Assembly (NCBI GenBank): GCA_043803685.1
Contig: JAZDJU010000037.1
Location: forward strand, 160,001 to 224,000
Length of the DNA: 64,000 bases
Reading direction: 5' to 3'
Source: Candidatus Omnitrophota bacterium
GTDB lineage: Bacteria > Omnitrophota > Omnitrophia > Omnitrophales > Aquincolibacteriaceae
The translations under genes were made by a program, and so were the position numbers. Under the pieces are notes generated by a model. That model had not been told where the DNA came from, made no database searches, and saw nothing but the letters and a program-made list of their open reading frames with translations. This document shows positions 10,253 to 19,009 of this stretch, one piece after another (position 1 is the first letter of the stretch; each line of letters starts with the position of its first letter).

Positions 10253-13200
10253 TTAGGAGCACCCCATGCTGTTGCCACAATTCAGGCATTTATAACAGGA
10301 TCCGCTTCGCACGGTGACGTGCCCGCAGTTCGTGCAAAAAGGAGCGTCGCCCATCATGTTCGAAAGATGTTCATTGGCCCCTGCGGCGGCCAGCGACGTG
10401 TTCTTTTTGACCGTACTCACCTGCGGCACCGGGTCCTTCGCGGGAGCGGACACTTCGATCGCCGGAGCCTGCGCGACGACCGAAACCGTCTTTTTATTGA
10501 CCTGGAGATCTTCCGGCGCCGGCGGGATCTGGACGAATTCGGTCATCCCGAGATATTCCATACCAAGCACGCGGAAAAGATAATCCACGATCGAGGTAGA
10601 GAGCTTGATATTCGGATGATCCACAAGTCCCTGCGGCTCAAAACGCGTGAATGTGAAAACATTCACAAATTCCTCGAGCGGCACGCCGTATTGCAGACCC
10701 AGAGAAACGGCGATCGCGAAACAATTCATCATGGAGCGGAACGCGGCGCCTTCCTTGTGCATATCAACAAAGATCTCGCCGATCGACCCGTCCGGATATT
10801 CGCCGGTCCGGAGATAGATCTTTTGTCCTCCGACGCGGGACTCCACCGTGATCCCCGCGCGTTTTTTGGGAAGACGCCTGCGCTGAAGCGCCGGAGGATG
10901 CGCGCTCTGGAGTTCGGTCTTTTTCTCACTTTTTTTGTCCGAAGCTGAATCTCCGGATTTCGTGTTGAGCGGCTGAGACAGCTTGGAACCATCCCGGTAA
11001 AGCGCCACAGCCTTCAGCCCCATTTTCCAGGCCTCGACATAGATCCTCTCGATCTCCTCAACGGTGCTTTCGTGCGGAAGGTTCACCGTTTTCGAGATGG
11101 CCCCGGAAATAAAAGGCTGCGCCGCTGCCATCATCCGGACGTGCGTCATGGGTTCGATAAAACGTTTACCGTGTTTACCGCACCGGTTCGCGCAGTCAAA
11201 CACAGGAAGATGTTCCGCCTTGAGATGCGGCGCACCTTCGACCGTCATCGTGCCACAAACCACGTTATTGGCTTCTTCGATCTCGGTCTTTGAGAATCCA
11301 AGCGCTTCGAGGACGTTGAAACGAAGATGGTTGTAATCTTCCGGCTTGAAGCCGAGCCTTTTAAGCGTATCTTCTCCGAGCGTCCATTTGGTGAAGGCGA
11401 AACTCAGATCGAAGACCGAAGGAAGCATGGCGTCGATCTTGTCCAGTTCAGGGCTTGTAAAACCTTTGGTCCCCAGGGTCGCGCGATTGATCCACGGAGT
11501 CCCTTCGAGACGCGAAGTGCCCTGGATATACTCGATGATGTCCTGGATCTCACTTTCAGAATATCCGAGCTTGTGCAGAGCTGCGGGAACACCCTGATTG
11601 ATGATCTTGAAATAACCACCGCCAGCGAGCTTTTTGAATTTCACGAGCGCAAAATCCGGCTCGATCCCGGTGGTGTCACAATCCATCAGAAGCCCGATCG
11701 TCCCGGTCGGAGCGATCACAGACACTTGCGCGTTCCGATAGCCATAAAGTTTCCCGATCTCCAGAGCCTCCTCCCAATCCTCGTGTGCCGCCACGAGAAT
11801 ATCCTGCCAGCAATGCTCCGAAGGGATCTTGTGCGCCGCCGCGCGATGCTTTTCGATCACGCGCATCATGGAGCTCGTATTCCTGGGATAATCGGAGAAC
11901 GGACTCTTCGAGGCCGCGATCTCGGCGGAAGTCCTGTACGCGTGTCCGGTCAAAACGGCCGTGAGCGCACTGCAGATCGCAGAAGCCTGCGGACTGTCGT
12001 ACGGGATTCCGCTCACCATCAGAAGACTTCCGAGATTGGCGTATCCGATTCCAAGAGGCCGGTAGACGTGACTGTTCCCGGCGATCTGTTCCGTTGGATA
12101 CGAAGCGTAATCCACCAGGATATCCATGGCCGTAATAAAAACGCGTGTCGTGTGGCGGAACCCCTCGACATCAAAGGTCCCGTCCGGCCGCAAATACTTC
12201 ATGACATTGATCGAGGCGAGATTGCATGCCGAGTCATCCAGGAACATATACTCCGAACACGGATTGGAAGCGTGGATGCGGTCGGTGTCAGCACAGGTGT
12301 GCCAGTCGTTGATCGTCGTGTCGAACTGAACACCCGGATCCGCGCACGCCCATGCGGCAAAAGCGATCTGGTCCATCATGTCCTTGGCCTGGAATGTTTC
12401 ACACACATCCCCGTTCGTCCGGAAACGCGTCTGCCATTTTCCGTCGCTGAGATAAGCGTGCATGAATTCGTCCGAAATTCTGACCGAATTATTCGAATTC
12501 TGTCCGGCAACCGTTTTATAGGCTTCTCCATTAAAGTCTGAGGGATACCCAGCAGCGATCAAGGCCGCCACTTTCTTTTCTTCGCGGACTTTCCAGTTAA
12601 TGAAATCCAGGATCTCAGGATGATCGAGGTCCAGACACACCATCTTGGCCGCCCGGCGCGTCGTCCCTCCGGATTTTGTCGCGCCCGCCCCGCGATCCAG
12701 AACTTCCAGGAACGACATGAGCCCCGAAGAAGTGCCGCCACTCGAAAGTTTTTCCTGCCGGCCACGAAGTTTTGAGAAATTCGTCCCGGTCCCGGAACCA
12801 TATTTGAAAAGGCGCGCTTCGTTCTTGAGCAGATCGAAAATGGACATCAGATTATCATCCACGGACTGGATGAAACAGGCCGAACATTGCGGATTCGAAT
12901 AAGAATCCGTAGATTCCAGGATCGTGTCCGTCGCAGAATCCCAATGGAAGTTGCCGCCACTCCCCTTGATCCCGTAAAGATCCATCCCGCAATTGAACCA
13001 TACCGGAGAATTAAAGGCGCACTTTTGATGGATCAGCAAATGAAGCATTTCTTCTTCAAAAACCTGGGCATCCGCCGGGGTCTTGAAATAGCCGCCGAGT
13101 TTTTCTCCCGCGACGCGGATCGAATGAGCGATGCGATAGACCACTTGCCGCGCGCTGACCTCGGTACCCGTTTCAGGAACACCTGCCTTCCGGAAATATT

Positions 13201-13426
13201 TGGAAACAATGATGTCGGTCGCCAGTTGGCTCCAGCTTTCAGGAACTTCCACATTTTCCATTTTAAAAACCACGGACCCATCGGGATTGGTAATAACGGA
13301 GGTGCGTTTGGCGTACTTGATCTCATCCAGCGGGGATACTCCGGCCTTCGTAAAAAACCTTCCGAATACAAGCCCTTGGCCTAGACTTTGTCCTTCCCGC
13401 AGGGATGGCAACTTTTCTGTTTTCAT
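10253..13426 (-). CDS. nrdJ: Vitamin B12-dependent (class II) ribonucleotide reductase
   Basis: FNSPVWFN, PQCSACFI, SNPCSEY, APTGTI, C-terminal TSCPD-like domain and CxxC...CxxC. Confidence 0.96.
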   Translation of the reverse strand: MKTEKLPSLREGQSLGQGLVFGRFFTKAGVSPLDEIKYAKRTSVITNPDGSVVFKMENVEVPESWSQLATDIIVSKYFRKAGVPETGTEVSARQVVYRIAHSIRVAGEKLGGYFKTPADAQVFEEEMLHLLIHQKCAFNSPVWFNCGMDLYGIKGSGGNFHWDSATDTILESTDSYSNPQCSACFIQSVDDNLMSIFDLLKNEARLFKYGSGTGTNFSKLRGRQEKLSSGGTSSGLMSFLEVLDRGAGATKSGGTTRRAAKMVCLDLDHPEILDFINWKVREEKKVAALIAAGYPSDFNGEAYKTVAGQNSNNSVRISDEFMHAYLSDGKWQTRFRTNGDVCETFQAKDMMDQIAFAAWACADPGVQFDTTINDWHTCADTDRIHASNPCSEYMFLDDSACNLASINVMKYLRPDGTFDVEGFRHTTRVFITAMDILVDYASYPTEQIAGNSHVYRPLGIGYANLGSLLMVSGIPYDSPQASAICSALTAVLTGHAYRTSAEIAASKSPFSDYPRNTSSMMRVIEKHRAAAHKIPSEHCWQDILVAAHEDWEEALEIGKLYGYRNAQVSVIAPTGTIGLLMDCDTTGIEPDFALVKFKKLAGGGYFKIINQGVPAALHKLGYSESEIQDIIEYIQGTSRLEGTPWINRATLGTKGFTSPELDKIDAMLPSVFDLSFAFTKWTLGEDTLKRLGFKPEDYNHLRFNVLEALGFSKTEIEEANNVVCGTMTVEGAPHLKAEHLPVFDCANRCGKHGKRFIEPMTHVRMMAAAQPFISGAISKTVNLPHESTVEEIERIYVEAWKMGLKAVALYRDGSKLSQPLNTKSGDSASDKKSEKKTELQSAHPPALQRRRLPKKRAGITVESRVGGQKIYLRTGEYPDGSIGEIFVDMHKEGAAFRSMMNCFAIAVSLGLQYGVPLEEFVNVFTFTRFEPQGLVDHPNIKLSTSIVDYLFRVLGMEYLGMTEFVQIPPAPEDLQVNKKTVSVVAQAPAIEVSAPAKDPVPQVSTVKKNTSLAAAGANEHLSNMMGDAPFCTNCGHVTVRSGSCYKCLNCGNSMGCS

Positions 13427-13469
13427 AGATCTTTGCTTCTCCTTAAACTTTTTAAAAGCTTATTAAACA

Positions 13470-13515
13470 ATACTAGGTATGGTGCTTTCTGAAAGAGATG
13501 ACACTATATGTAGTG
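13470..13515. promoter_or_regulatory. Tandem NrdR boxes
   Basis: ACACTATATGTAGTG (13501-13515) matches the NrdR consensus acaCwAtATaTwGtg. A degenerate second copy, ATACTAGGTATGGTG (13470-13484), starts 31 bp away, directly upstream of nrdJ. Confidence 0.85.
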
Positions 13516-13783
13516 ACGAGTTTGAATTTTATGGCAGGCAAGCTTTTGATACTGGGATCCTCTCGCGCGATGGAATCTCTGTTTCCCGGCTCTCTCATTT
13601 GACCGTTACAACTCACATCATCAACGGTGCGACTTGCCGGAGTCTGAAACAAAAGAAATTATTTCAAATCTTTTTTAAAAATTTTCGTCTGATCTTTAAT
13701 TTTGCGGTCAGCGAATGGGATTCTAACAAAGAAATTTTTGAAGTCAAACGCTTATTCGAATTTTTTTTAGAATTTTTTTGATT

Positions 13784-15175
13784 TTATTTGCCAATGCAGA
13801 ATTCCGCGAAGATCACGTCCAAAAGATCCTCGGAATAAACCTCTCCGGTCAATTCTTTCATGGATTCCAAGGCGGCGCGAAGGTCCGGCGTCACGCATTC
13901 CAACGACATCTCCGTTTGAAATGAACGCTCCGCGCGCTGCAGTGACTCCAGGGAGATCTCTAACGCCTTTTTATGACGAAGCTTCGTGATCTGTTCCCCG
14001 ATCTCGGAAGTGCCGCATTCCAAACAGCCCGCGATCGTTTCTTCAAGCACCTCAAACCCTTCGCGCGTCTTTGCGGAGAGCTTGATGCAGGGCCGGCCCC
14101 CCAAAAGAACCGCCATCTCCTCGGCTCCCACCTTCGAGGAAAGATCGGACTTGTTCACAAGCGCGATCACCGGCTTGTTTTGAGGGATTTGTCGCAGAAT
14201 ATGGCGATCGACCGTCTCGAGAGGCGCGGAACCATCGATCACATAAAGCACGACATGACTTTCTTGCAACGTTCCAAGCGTACGATCCATGCCCATTTGA
14301 TCCAGGGGATTTCCAGGCGCGGACGTCAACCCCGCCGTGTCCCGAAGCCGGACATAAAAACCGCGGATCTCAAGAGCTTCTTCCAAATGATCGCGCGTCG
14401 TGTGTGGAAGATCAGAAACAAGCGCGCGGTCACGCTCAAGCAGCGCGTTAAAAAGCGAGGACTTCCCGACATTAGGTTTTCCCGCGAGCGTCACGAGCAG
14501 TCCTTCGCGGATCAACTGATTGCGCTCAAAGCCCGTAATGAGCGACCGGATCTTCGCTTGAACGTTCGCGAATTGCTCCCGGAAGCTCGCTTTCGTCTGA
14601 GCTTCAAGATCTTCCTCCGGGAAATCAAGATGCGCTTCCATGTGGGCCAAAAGCCGCACTAGAGCATCTTTTAATTCTTTAAGCGTACGGGAAAGAGATC
14701 CGGAGAGTTGACGAATGGCGACATCCAGTGACCGTTCGCTTCTGGCATGGATCAGATCCAGCACCGCCTCAGCCTGCGTCAGATCGAGTTTTCCATTCAG
14801 GAAAGCGCGGCGTGTGAATTCTCCGGGCTCCGCGTGGCGAACGCCTTTCCCGAGAAAAACTCCCAGGATCTTTCGGGTGACCGCAAGCCCGCCGTGACAG
14901 CTGATCTCGATCACGTCCTGTCCGGTATAGGACCGCGGAGCGCGAAAACAACTCACAAGCACCTGATCCACAAGATGTCCGGAGGGATCGGTGAATTTTC
15001 CCCAACGGATCGTGTTAGCGGGCATCTCTTTCAAGGTTCCGCGTTCTGAAGAAACAAAGAACGGCTCGACCGCTTCCATCGCCCCGGGACCGCTCACGCG
15101 GATCACCGCAAGCCCGCCTTCTCCGGCCGGTGTTGCAACCGCCGCGATCGTGTCATCTAATTCGAATTTAGACAT
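13784..15175 (-). CDS. mnmE: tRNA modification GTPase MnmE/TrmE
   Basis: DTIAAVAT, GEFTRRAFLNGK, GKPNVGKS, DTAG, NKSD, C-terminal FCIGK. Confidence 0.97.
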   Translation of the reverse strand: MSKFELDDTIAAVATPAGEGGLAVIRVSGPGAMEAVEPFFVSSERGTLKEMPANTIRWGKFTDPSGHLVDQVLVSCFRAPRSYTGQDVIEISCHGGLAVTRKILGVFLGKGVRHAEPGEFTRRAFLNGKLDLTQAEAVLDLIHARSERSLDVAIRQLSGSLSRTLKELKDALVRLLAHMEAHLDFPEEDLEAQTKASFREQFANVQAKIRSLITGFERNQLIREGLLVTLAGKPNVGKSSLFNALLERDRALVSDLPHTTRDHLEEALEIRGFYVRLRDTAGLTSAPGNPLDQMGMDRTLGTLQESHVVLYVIDGSAPLETVDRHILRQIPQNKPVIALVNKSDLSSKVGAEEMAVLLGGRPCIKLSAKTREGFEVLEETIAGCLECGTSEIGEQITKLRHKKALEISLESLQRAERSFQTEMSLECVTPDLRAALESMKELTGEVYSEDLLDVIFAEFCIGK

Positions 15176-15185
15176 ATTTTAAAAA

Positions 15186-15250
15186 CCGTACCACACACCA
15201 CGAACCACGGGCAATGTAAAAGCGTGGCTCGTGGCCCTTGGACCGTGGCC
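15186..15250. repeat. Heptamer palindromic element (nCCACGn/nCGTGGn type), copy between folC and mnmE
   Basis: accacac-accacga-accacgg...cgtggct-cgtggcc-cttggac-cgtggcc. Confidence 0.8.
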
Positions 15251-16495
15251 CTATTTTAGAATTTTCCTCGCTTCCCCGACTAAATAGAATGATCCGGTGA
15301 TAACAGCGGTCTCTTTCGCCGCCGCAGATCTCTTTAAAAGCCCCAAAGCCTCTTCTATATCATGAGCCGTGAGAATACAATTAAAAAGCCCCTTGGCTTC
15401 CTCGACCAGCATGGCCGCGGACTTCGCTCGATTCCCCGCGATCTCCGTCAGGATCACTTTCGAGAAAAATCCGCTCAATATCTTCAGCATCCCTTGGCTG
15501 TTTTTATCACGCATTGCGCCAAAGACAAGCCAGGGATCCCGGATCTTCATGGCCTTCAAAGAACTTATCAGCTCTTTTACGGAAAGGGGATTATGCGCGC
15601 CGTCCAGGATCAATCGGCTGCCGCCCCGGTAAAAACTTTCCATCCTCCCTTGCCAGTTCCGACATTGTAACCCTTTTCCAGAACGCTCAGGATCGATCGG
15701 AAAGTGAAACCGTTTCGCCAGGATCTCCGCGGCTTTCAGCGCGGTTCCGGCATTCATCTTTTGAAAATTTCCGGCAAGTCCGAGCGGAAGACCGGAAACA
15801 GGTTTTGCCGTCCACAAGGATCCCCGGTTCGCTCTCACGGCACGGCGGATCACTTCGAACGCTTCCGGGAATTGTTTCCCGGTCACTACATGGGTTTGTG
15901 GTTTGATGATCCCGGCTTTTTCGGCGGCGATCTTGGCAATCGTGTTTCCCAGGAACGCCTCATGATCGAGATGGATCGGCGTCAGGATCACAAGCGACGC
16001 CTTCAGAACATTGGTCGCATCAAGCCGCCCGCCAAGCCCGATCTCGAAGATCCCGACCGCCACACCCCTTTGCGCGAAGACCCAGATCGCAAGAAAAGTC
16101 AGGATCTCAAAATAAGTCAGAATGCCGAGCCGTTCCGGGACGGAATTCTTCCGAAGAAGTTTTTGGATCCAAGAAAGACCTTCTGCCCAGACCTTGGGCG
16201 AAGTCATAGCCCCGCGGACGCGGATACGTTCCCGAGGATCCTCGACATGTGGCGAATGATAGTAGCCGGTCGAAATCCCGTTGGCCTCGAGGATCGACTC
16301 GAGGAAAAATCCCGTGGAGCCTTTGCCCGTGGTTCCGGCGATCAGAACAGGGAAAAACTTTTTCTCCGGATGCCCGCCGATCCGAAGCAGATGCTCCATC
16401 CGCTTGAGATTGAAAAAGGAGTTCTTCGGAAATTGCGCGAGTTTTTCGAGATCGGTGAACGTATTGAGATAACGAAGGGCTTGGGAATAGTTCAT
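15251..16495 (-). CDS. folC: Folylpolyglutamate synthase/dihydrofolate synthase
   Basis: AGTTGKGS, SPHV...ERI, EIGLGGRLDATN, DGAHN, GSFYLVG. Confidence 0.95.
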   Translation of the reverse strand: MNYSQALRYLNTFTDLEKLAQFPKNSFFNLKRMEHLLRIGGHPEKKFFPVLIAGTTGKGSTGFFLESILEANGISTGYYHSPHVEDPRERIRVRGAMTSPKVWAEGLSWIQKLLRKNSVPERLGILTYFEILTFLAIWVFAQRGVAVGIFEIGLGGRLDATNVLKASLVILTPIHLDHEAFLGNTIAKIAAEKAGIIKPQTHVVTGKQFPEAFEVIRRAVRANRGSLWTAKPVSGLPLGLAGNFQKMNAGTALKAAEILAKRFHFPIDPERSGKGLQCRNWQGRMESFYRGGSRLILDGAHNPLSVKELISSLKAMKIRDPWLVFGAMRDKNSQGMLKILSGFFSKVILTEIAGNRAKSAAMLVEEAKGLFNCILTAHDIEEALGLLKRSAAAKETAVITGSFYLVGEARKILK

Positions 16496-16502
16496 GGGTA
16501 AG

Positions 16503-16568
16503 CCGTACCACGCACCACGATCCACGGGCCACGTAAAAACGTGGCTCGTGGCCCTTGGCTCGTGGCCC
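16503..16568. repeat. Heptamer palindromic element (CCACG type), copy between purH and folC
   Basis: Close relative of 15186-15250 along its whole length. Confidence 0.8.
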
Positions 16569-16570
16569 TC

Positions 16571-18148
16571 TTAGTGTTTAAAATGCCGCTCGCCGGTGAA
16601 GGCCATGGCGATACCCGCCTGGTCGCACGCCGCGATCACGTCCGCGTCACGGATCGAACCGCCCGGCTGAATGATGGCCTTGATCTTATGCTTGGCCGCG
16701 AACTCGATCGAGTCCGGCATTGGAAAGAACGCGTCGCTTCCGAGCATCGCGCCTTCAGAAAGATACCCGGCCTTTTGCATCGCGATCTGCACCGAATCCA
16801 CGCGCGACATCTGTCCCGCTCCGATACCGACCGTGTGCTTGCCTTGCGTCAGCACAATGGCGTTCGACTTCACGACCTTCGAACACTGGAAAGCGAAGAT
16901 CAGATCCTCAGTCTCCGCGTCGGAAAGCTTGGCTTTTGTCAAAAATCGGAGTTTCTTTTTGAGCTCTTTGATGTGCTCCTTGATGGGGCGATTCTTTTCC
17001 TGCACAAGGATCCCCGTACGCAGGAACTTCACGTCATAAAGGTTCTCATCGCGGAACTGATGGACCTCGATCAGCCGGAGGTTCTTCCGGGCCTTGAGAA
17101 GCTTGAGCGCCCCGGCCTTAAAAGACGGCGCGACCAGCACTTCGAAGAACGCGAGTTTTTCAAGGACCTTTTGAGCGATCTTTGCGTCGCAACAACGATT
17201 CACTCCGACGATCCCGCCGAAGGCCGACAGGATGTCGCCCTCGATCGCTTTTTCGACCGCGACCAGCGCTTGCGAGTCCTGCGCGATCCCGCACGGATTG
17301 TTGTGCTTGATCACGCACGCCGCCGGCGCGTTGAATTCCGCGAGAACGTCCAGCGTCGCGTCCACGTCCATGAGATTATTGAAGGAAAGTTCCTTGCCGT
17401 GAAGCTGGGTCCACGAAGCCTCGGCCTTGTGCGTGGTCGGCACGTAATAAGCGGCCTTCTGATGCGGGTTCTCCCCGTACCGGAGGTCCTGCGCTTTCTT
17501 GAAATGGAAAACGAATTGCGGCGGAAGCACGGCTTCTTCAGTAGACTTTTTCTTGTGTTTGGCCATGTACTGGCTGATCACGGCGTCATAAGCCGAAGTT
17601 TTCTCGAAAACTTTTTGAGAAAGGGCAAAGCGCGTTTCGTCCGTCACGCTTCCTTTGTGCTCATCGAGTTCTTTCGCGACACGTTCATAATCCTGCACGT
17701 CCGTGATCACGGTCACGGCTTCATAATTTTTCGCCGCCGAGCGCAGCATCGAAGGCCCGCCGATATCGATGAACTCTTTGGCCTCGTCCATGCTCAAATT
17801 CCCCTTGCTCGTCGCCTCTTCGAAAGGATAAAGGTTCACGACCACGAGATCGATAGGCTTGATACCGTGCGCCTTGACCTGTTGCTGATGGCTTTTCTTG
17901 TGGCGGAGAAAAAGAAGGCCTCCGTGGATCTTCGGATGGAGGGTCTTCACGCGCCCGTCGAGCATTTCGGGAAATCCAGTGTAATCCTCCACCGCCATCG
18001 CCGGAACCTTGGCTTCTTTGAGAGATTTCAACGTGCCCCCGGTAGAAAGAATTTCCACGCCGTGCTTGCGCAGGGTTTTGGCGAAAGGGATTAGGCCGGT
18101 TTTATCGGAAACGCTAATGAGCGCGCGGCGAACGGTATGACGTGACAT
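16571..18148 (-). CDS. purH: Bifunctional AICAR transformylase/IMP cyclohydrolase
   Basis: RALISVSDK, GRVKTLHP, IDIGG, LRYGENPHQ, SDAFFP, RHFKH. Confidence 0.98.
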   Translation of the reverse strand: MSRHTVRRALISVSDKTGLIPFAKTLRKHGVEILSTGGTLKSLKEAKVPAMAVEDYTGFPEMLDGRVKTLHPKIHGGLLFLRHKKSHQQQVKAHGIKPIDLVVVNLYPFEEATSKGNLSMDEAKEFIDIGGPSMLRSAAKNYEAVTVITDVQDYERVAKELDEHKGSVTDETRFALSQKVFEKTSAYDAVISQYMAKHKKKSTEEAVLPPQFVFHFKKAQDLRYGENPHQKAAYYVPTTHKAEASWTQLHGKELSFNNLMDVDATLDVLAEFNAPAACVIKHNNPCGIAQDSQALVAVEKAIEGDILSAFGGIVGVNRCCDAKIAQKVLEKLAFFEVLVAPSFKAGALKLLKARKNLRLIEVHQFRDENLYDVKFLRTGILVQEKNRPIKEHIKELKKKLRFLTKAKLSDAETEDLIFAFQCSKVVKSNAIVLTQGKHTVGIGAGQMSRVDSVQIAMQKAGYLSEGAMLGSDAFFPMPDSIEFAAKHKIKAIIQPGGSIRDADVIAACDQAGIAMAFTGERHFKH

Positions 18149-19001
18149 CGTGTTGGATCCTCCTTTTAAAAAAACGGTGCAGTTTTAACGTAACAGGACC
18201 GGGTTTTCCGTTGCCGATCGCGCGACCGTCAAGCTCGCGAACCGGTAGAACTTCCCAGGAAGTATTGCAAAGAAAAGCTTCATCCGCGTTGAAAAATTCG
18301 TGCCGGGTGAGCGGGACTTCCCGGACCTTCATCCCGAGCGCGAGGGCGCAGTTTATCACAATCTTCCGGGTCACTCCATTCAAGATTAGGTGTTCCGGTG
18401 GTGTCAGAAGGATCGCTTCACCCCTTTTCACACCCCGGGGGTGTACCGTTTCACACCTCCGGGGTGCGGAACGGTATTTTACGATGAAAAAGTTCCCGAC
18501 CCGGGTTTCTGTGAGCCCGCCTCCCTGCTCCAGAAAGATCCACTCATAGATCTTGTCCGGATGCGGCTCGGTCGTAGCCAGGATCGCCTGCTGATAGACC
18601 GACGCTTTGGCCTGCCAGGGAAAGGTGTTCGGCCCTCCGCGCGGAAAAGAGGCCATCTTGAGCGCCACACCCTTTTCGTAAAGCTCTTTCGAGTGCTCTC
18701 GTGAACCGAGGATCACGAAAGTGCTTCCCTCCCACAAAGTCAGCCGGACATAACATTCTCTTTCGCCGGAAGCCTTGAACGCCGCTCTCATTTCCCGTCG
18801 AAGTTTCGCGGCATCCGGAAAGGGCTTGTAGCCCACGGTCCTTGCGGACTCCAAAAGCCGGGAAAGATGTTCTTCCACGTGAAGGACTTTGCCGCCATAA
18901 GCGCGCATGCTTTCAAAAATACCAACAGCCTCCGTTCGCATGAGCGCGAACGGCATCTTTCCTGTCACTTCTTTTCCGTCTTGATAGATCTTGTAGTTCA
19001 T
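18114..19001 (-). CDS. Class IV PLP enzyme (PabC/IlvE/D-amino-acid aminotransferase family)
   Basis: GIFESMR, H-L-x-R-L, ILNGVTR, ADEAFLCNT, GKPGPVT. Sits downstream of a pabB-like gene, so probably aminodeoxychorismate lyase. Confidence 0.85.
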   Translation of the reverse strand: MNYKIYQDGKEVTGKMPFALMRTEAVGIFESMRAYGGKVLHVEEHLSRLLESARTVGYKPFPDAAKLRREMRAAFKASGERECYVRLTLWEGSTFVILGSREHSKELYEKGVALKMASFPRGGPNTFPWQAKASVYQQAILATTEPHPDKIYEWIFLEQGGGLTETRVGNFFIVKYRSAPRRCETVHPRGVKRGEAILLTPPEHLILNGVTRKIVINCALALGMKVREVPLTRHEFFNADEAFLCNTSWEVLPVRELDGRAIGNGKPGPVTLKLHRFFKRRIQHDVTSYRSPRAH

Positions 19002-19009
19002 AATTTCGC

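Noticed and set aside
13479..13781. 100-aa ORF between nrdJ and mnmE
   Set aside because: It overlaps the NrdR boxes and AT-rich promoter DNA and has a low-complexity Phe/Lys translation.
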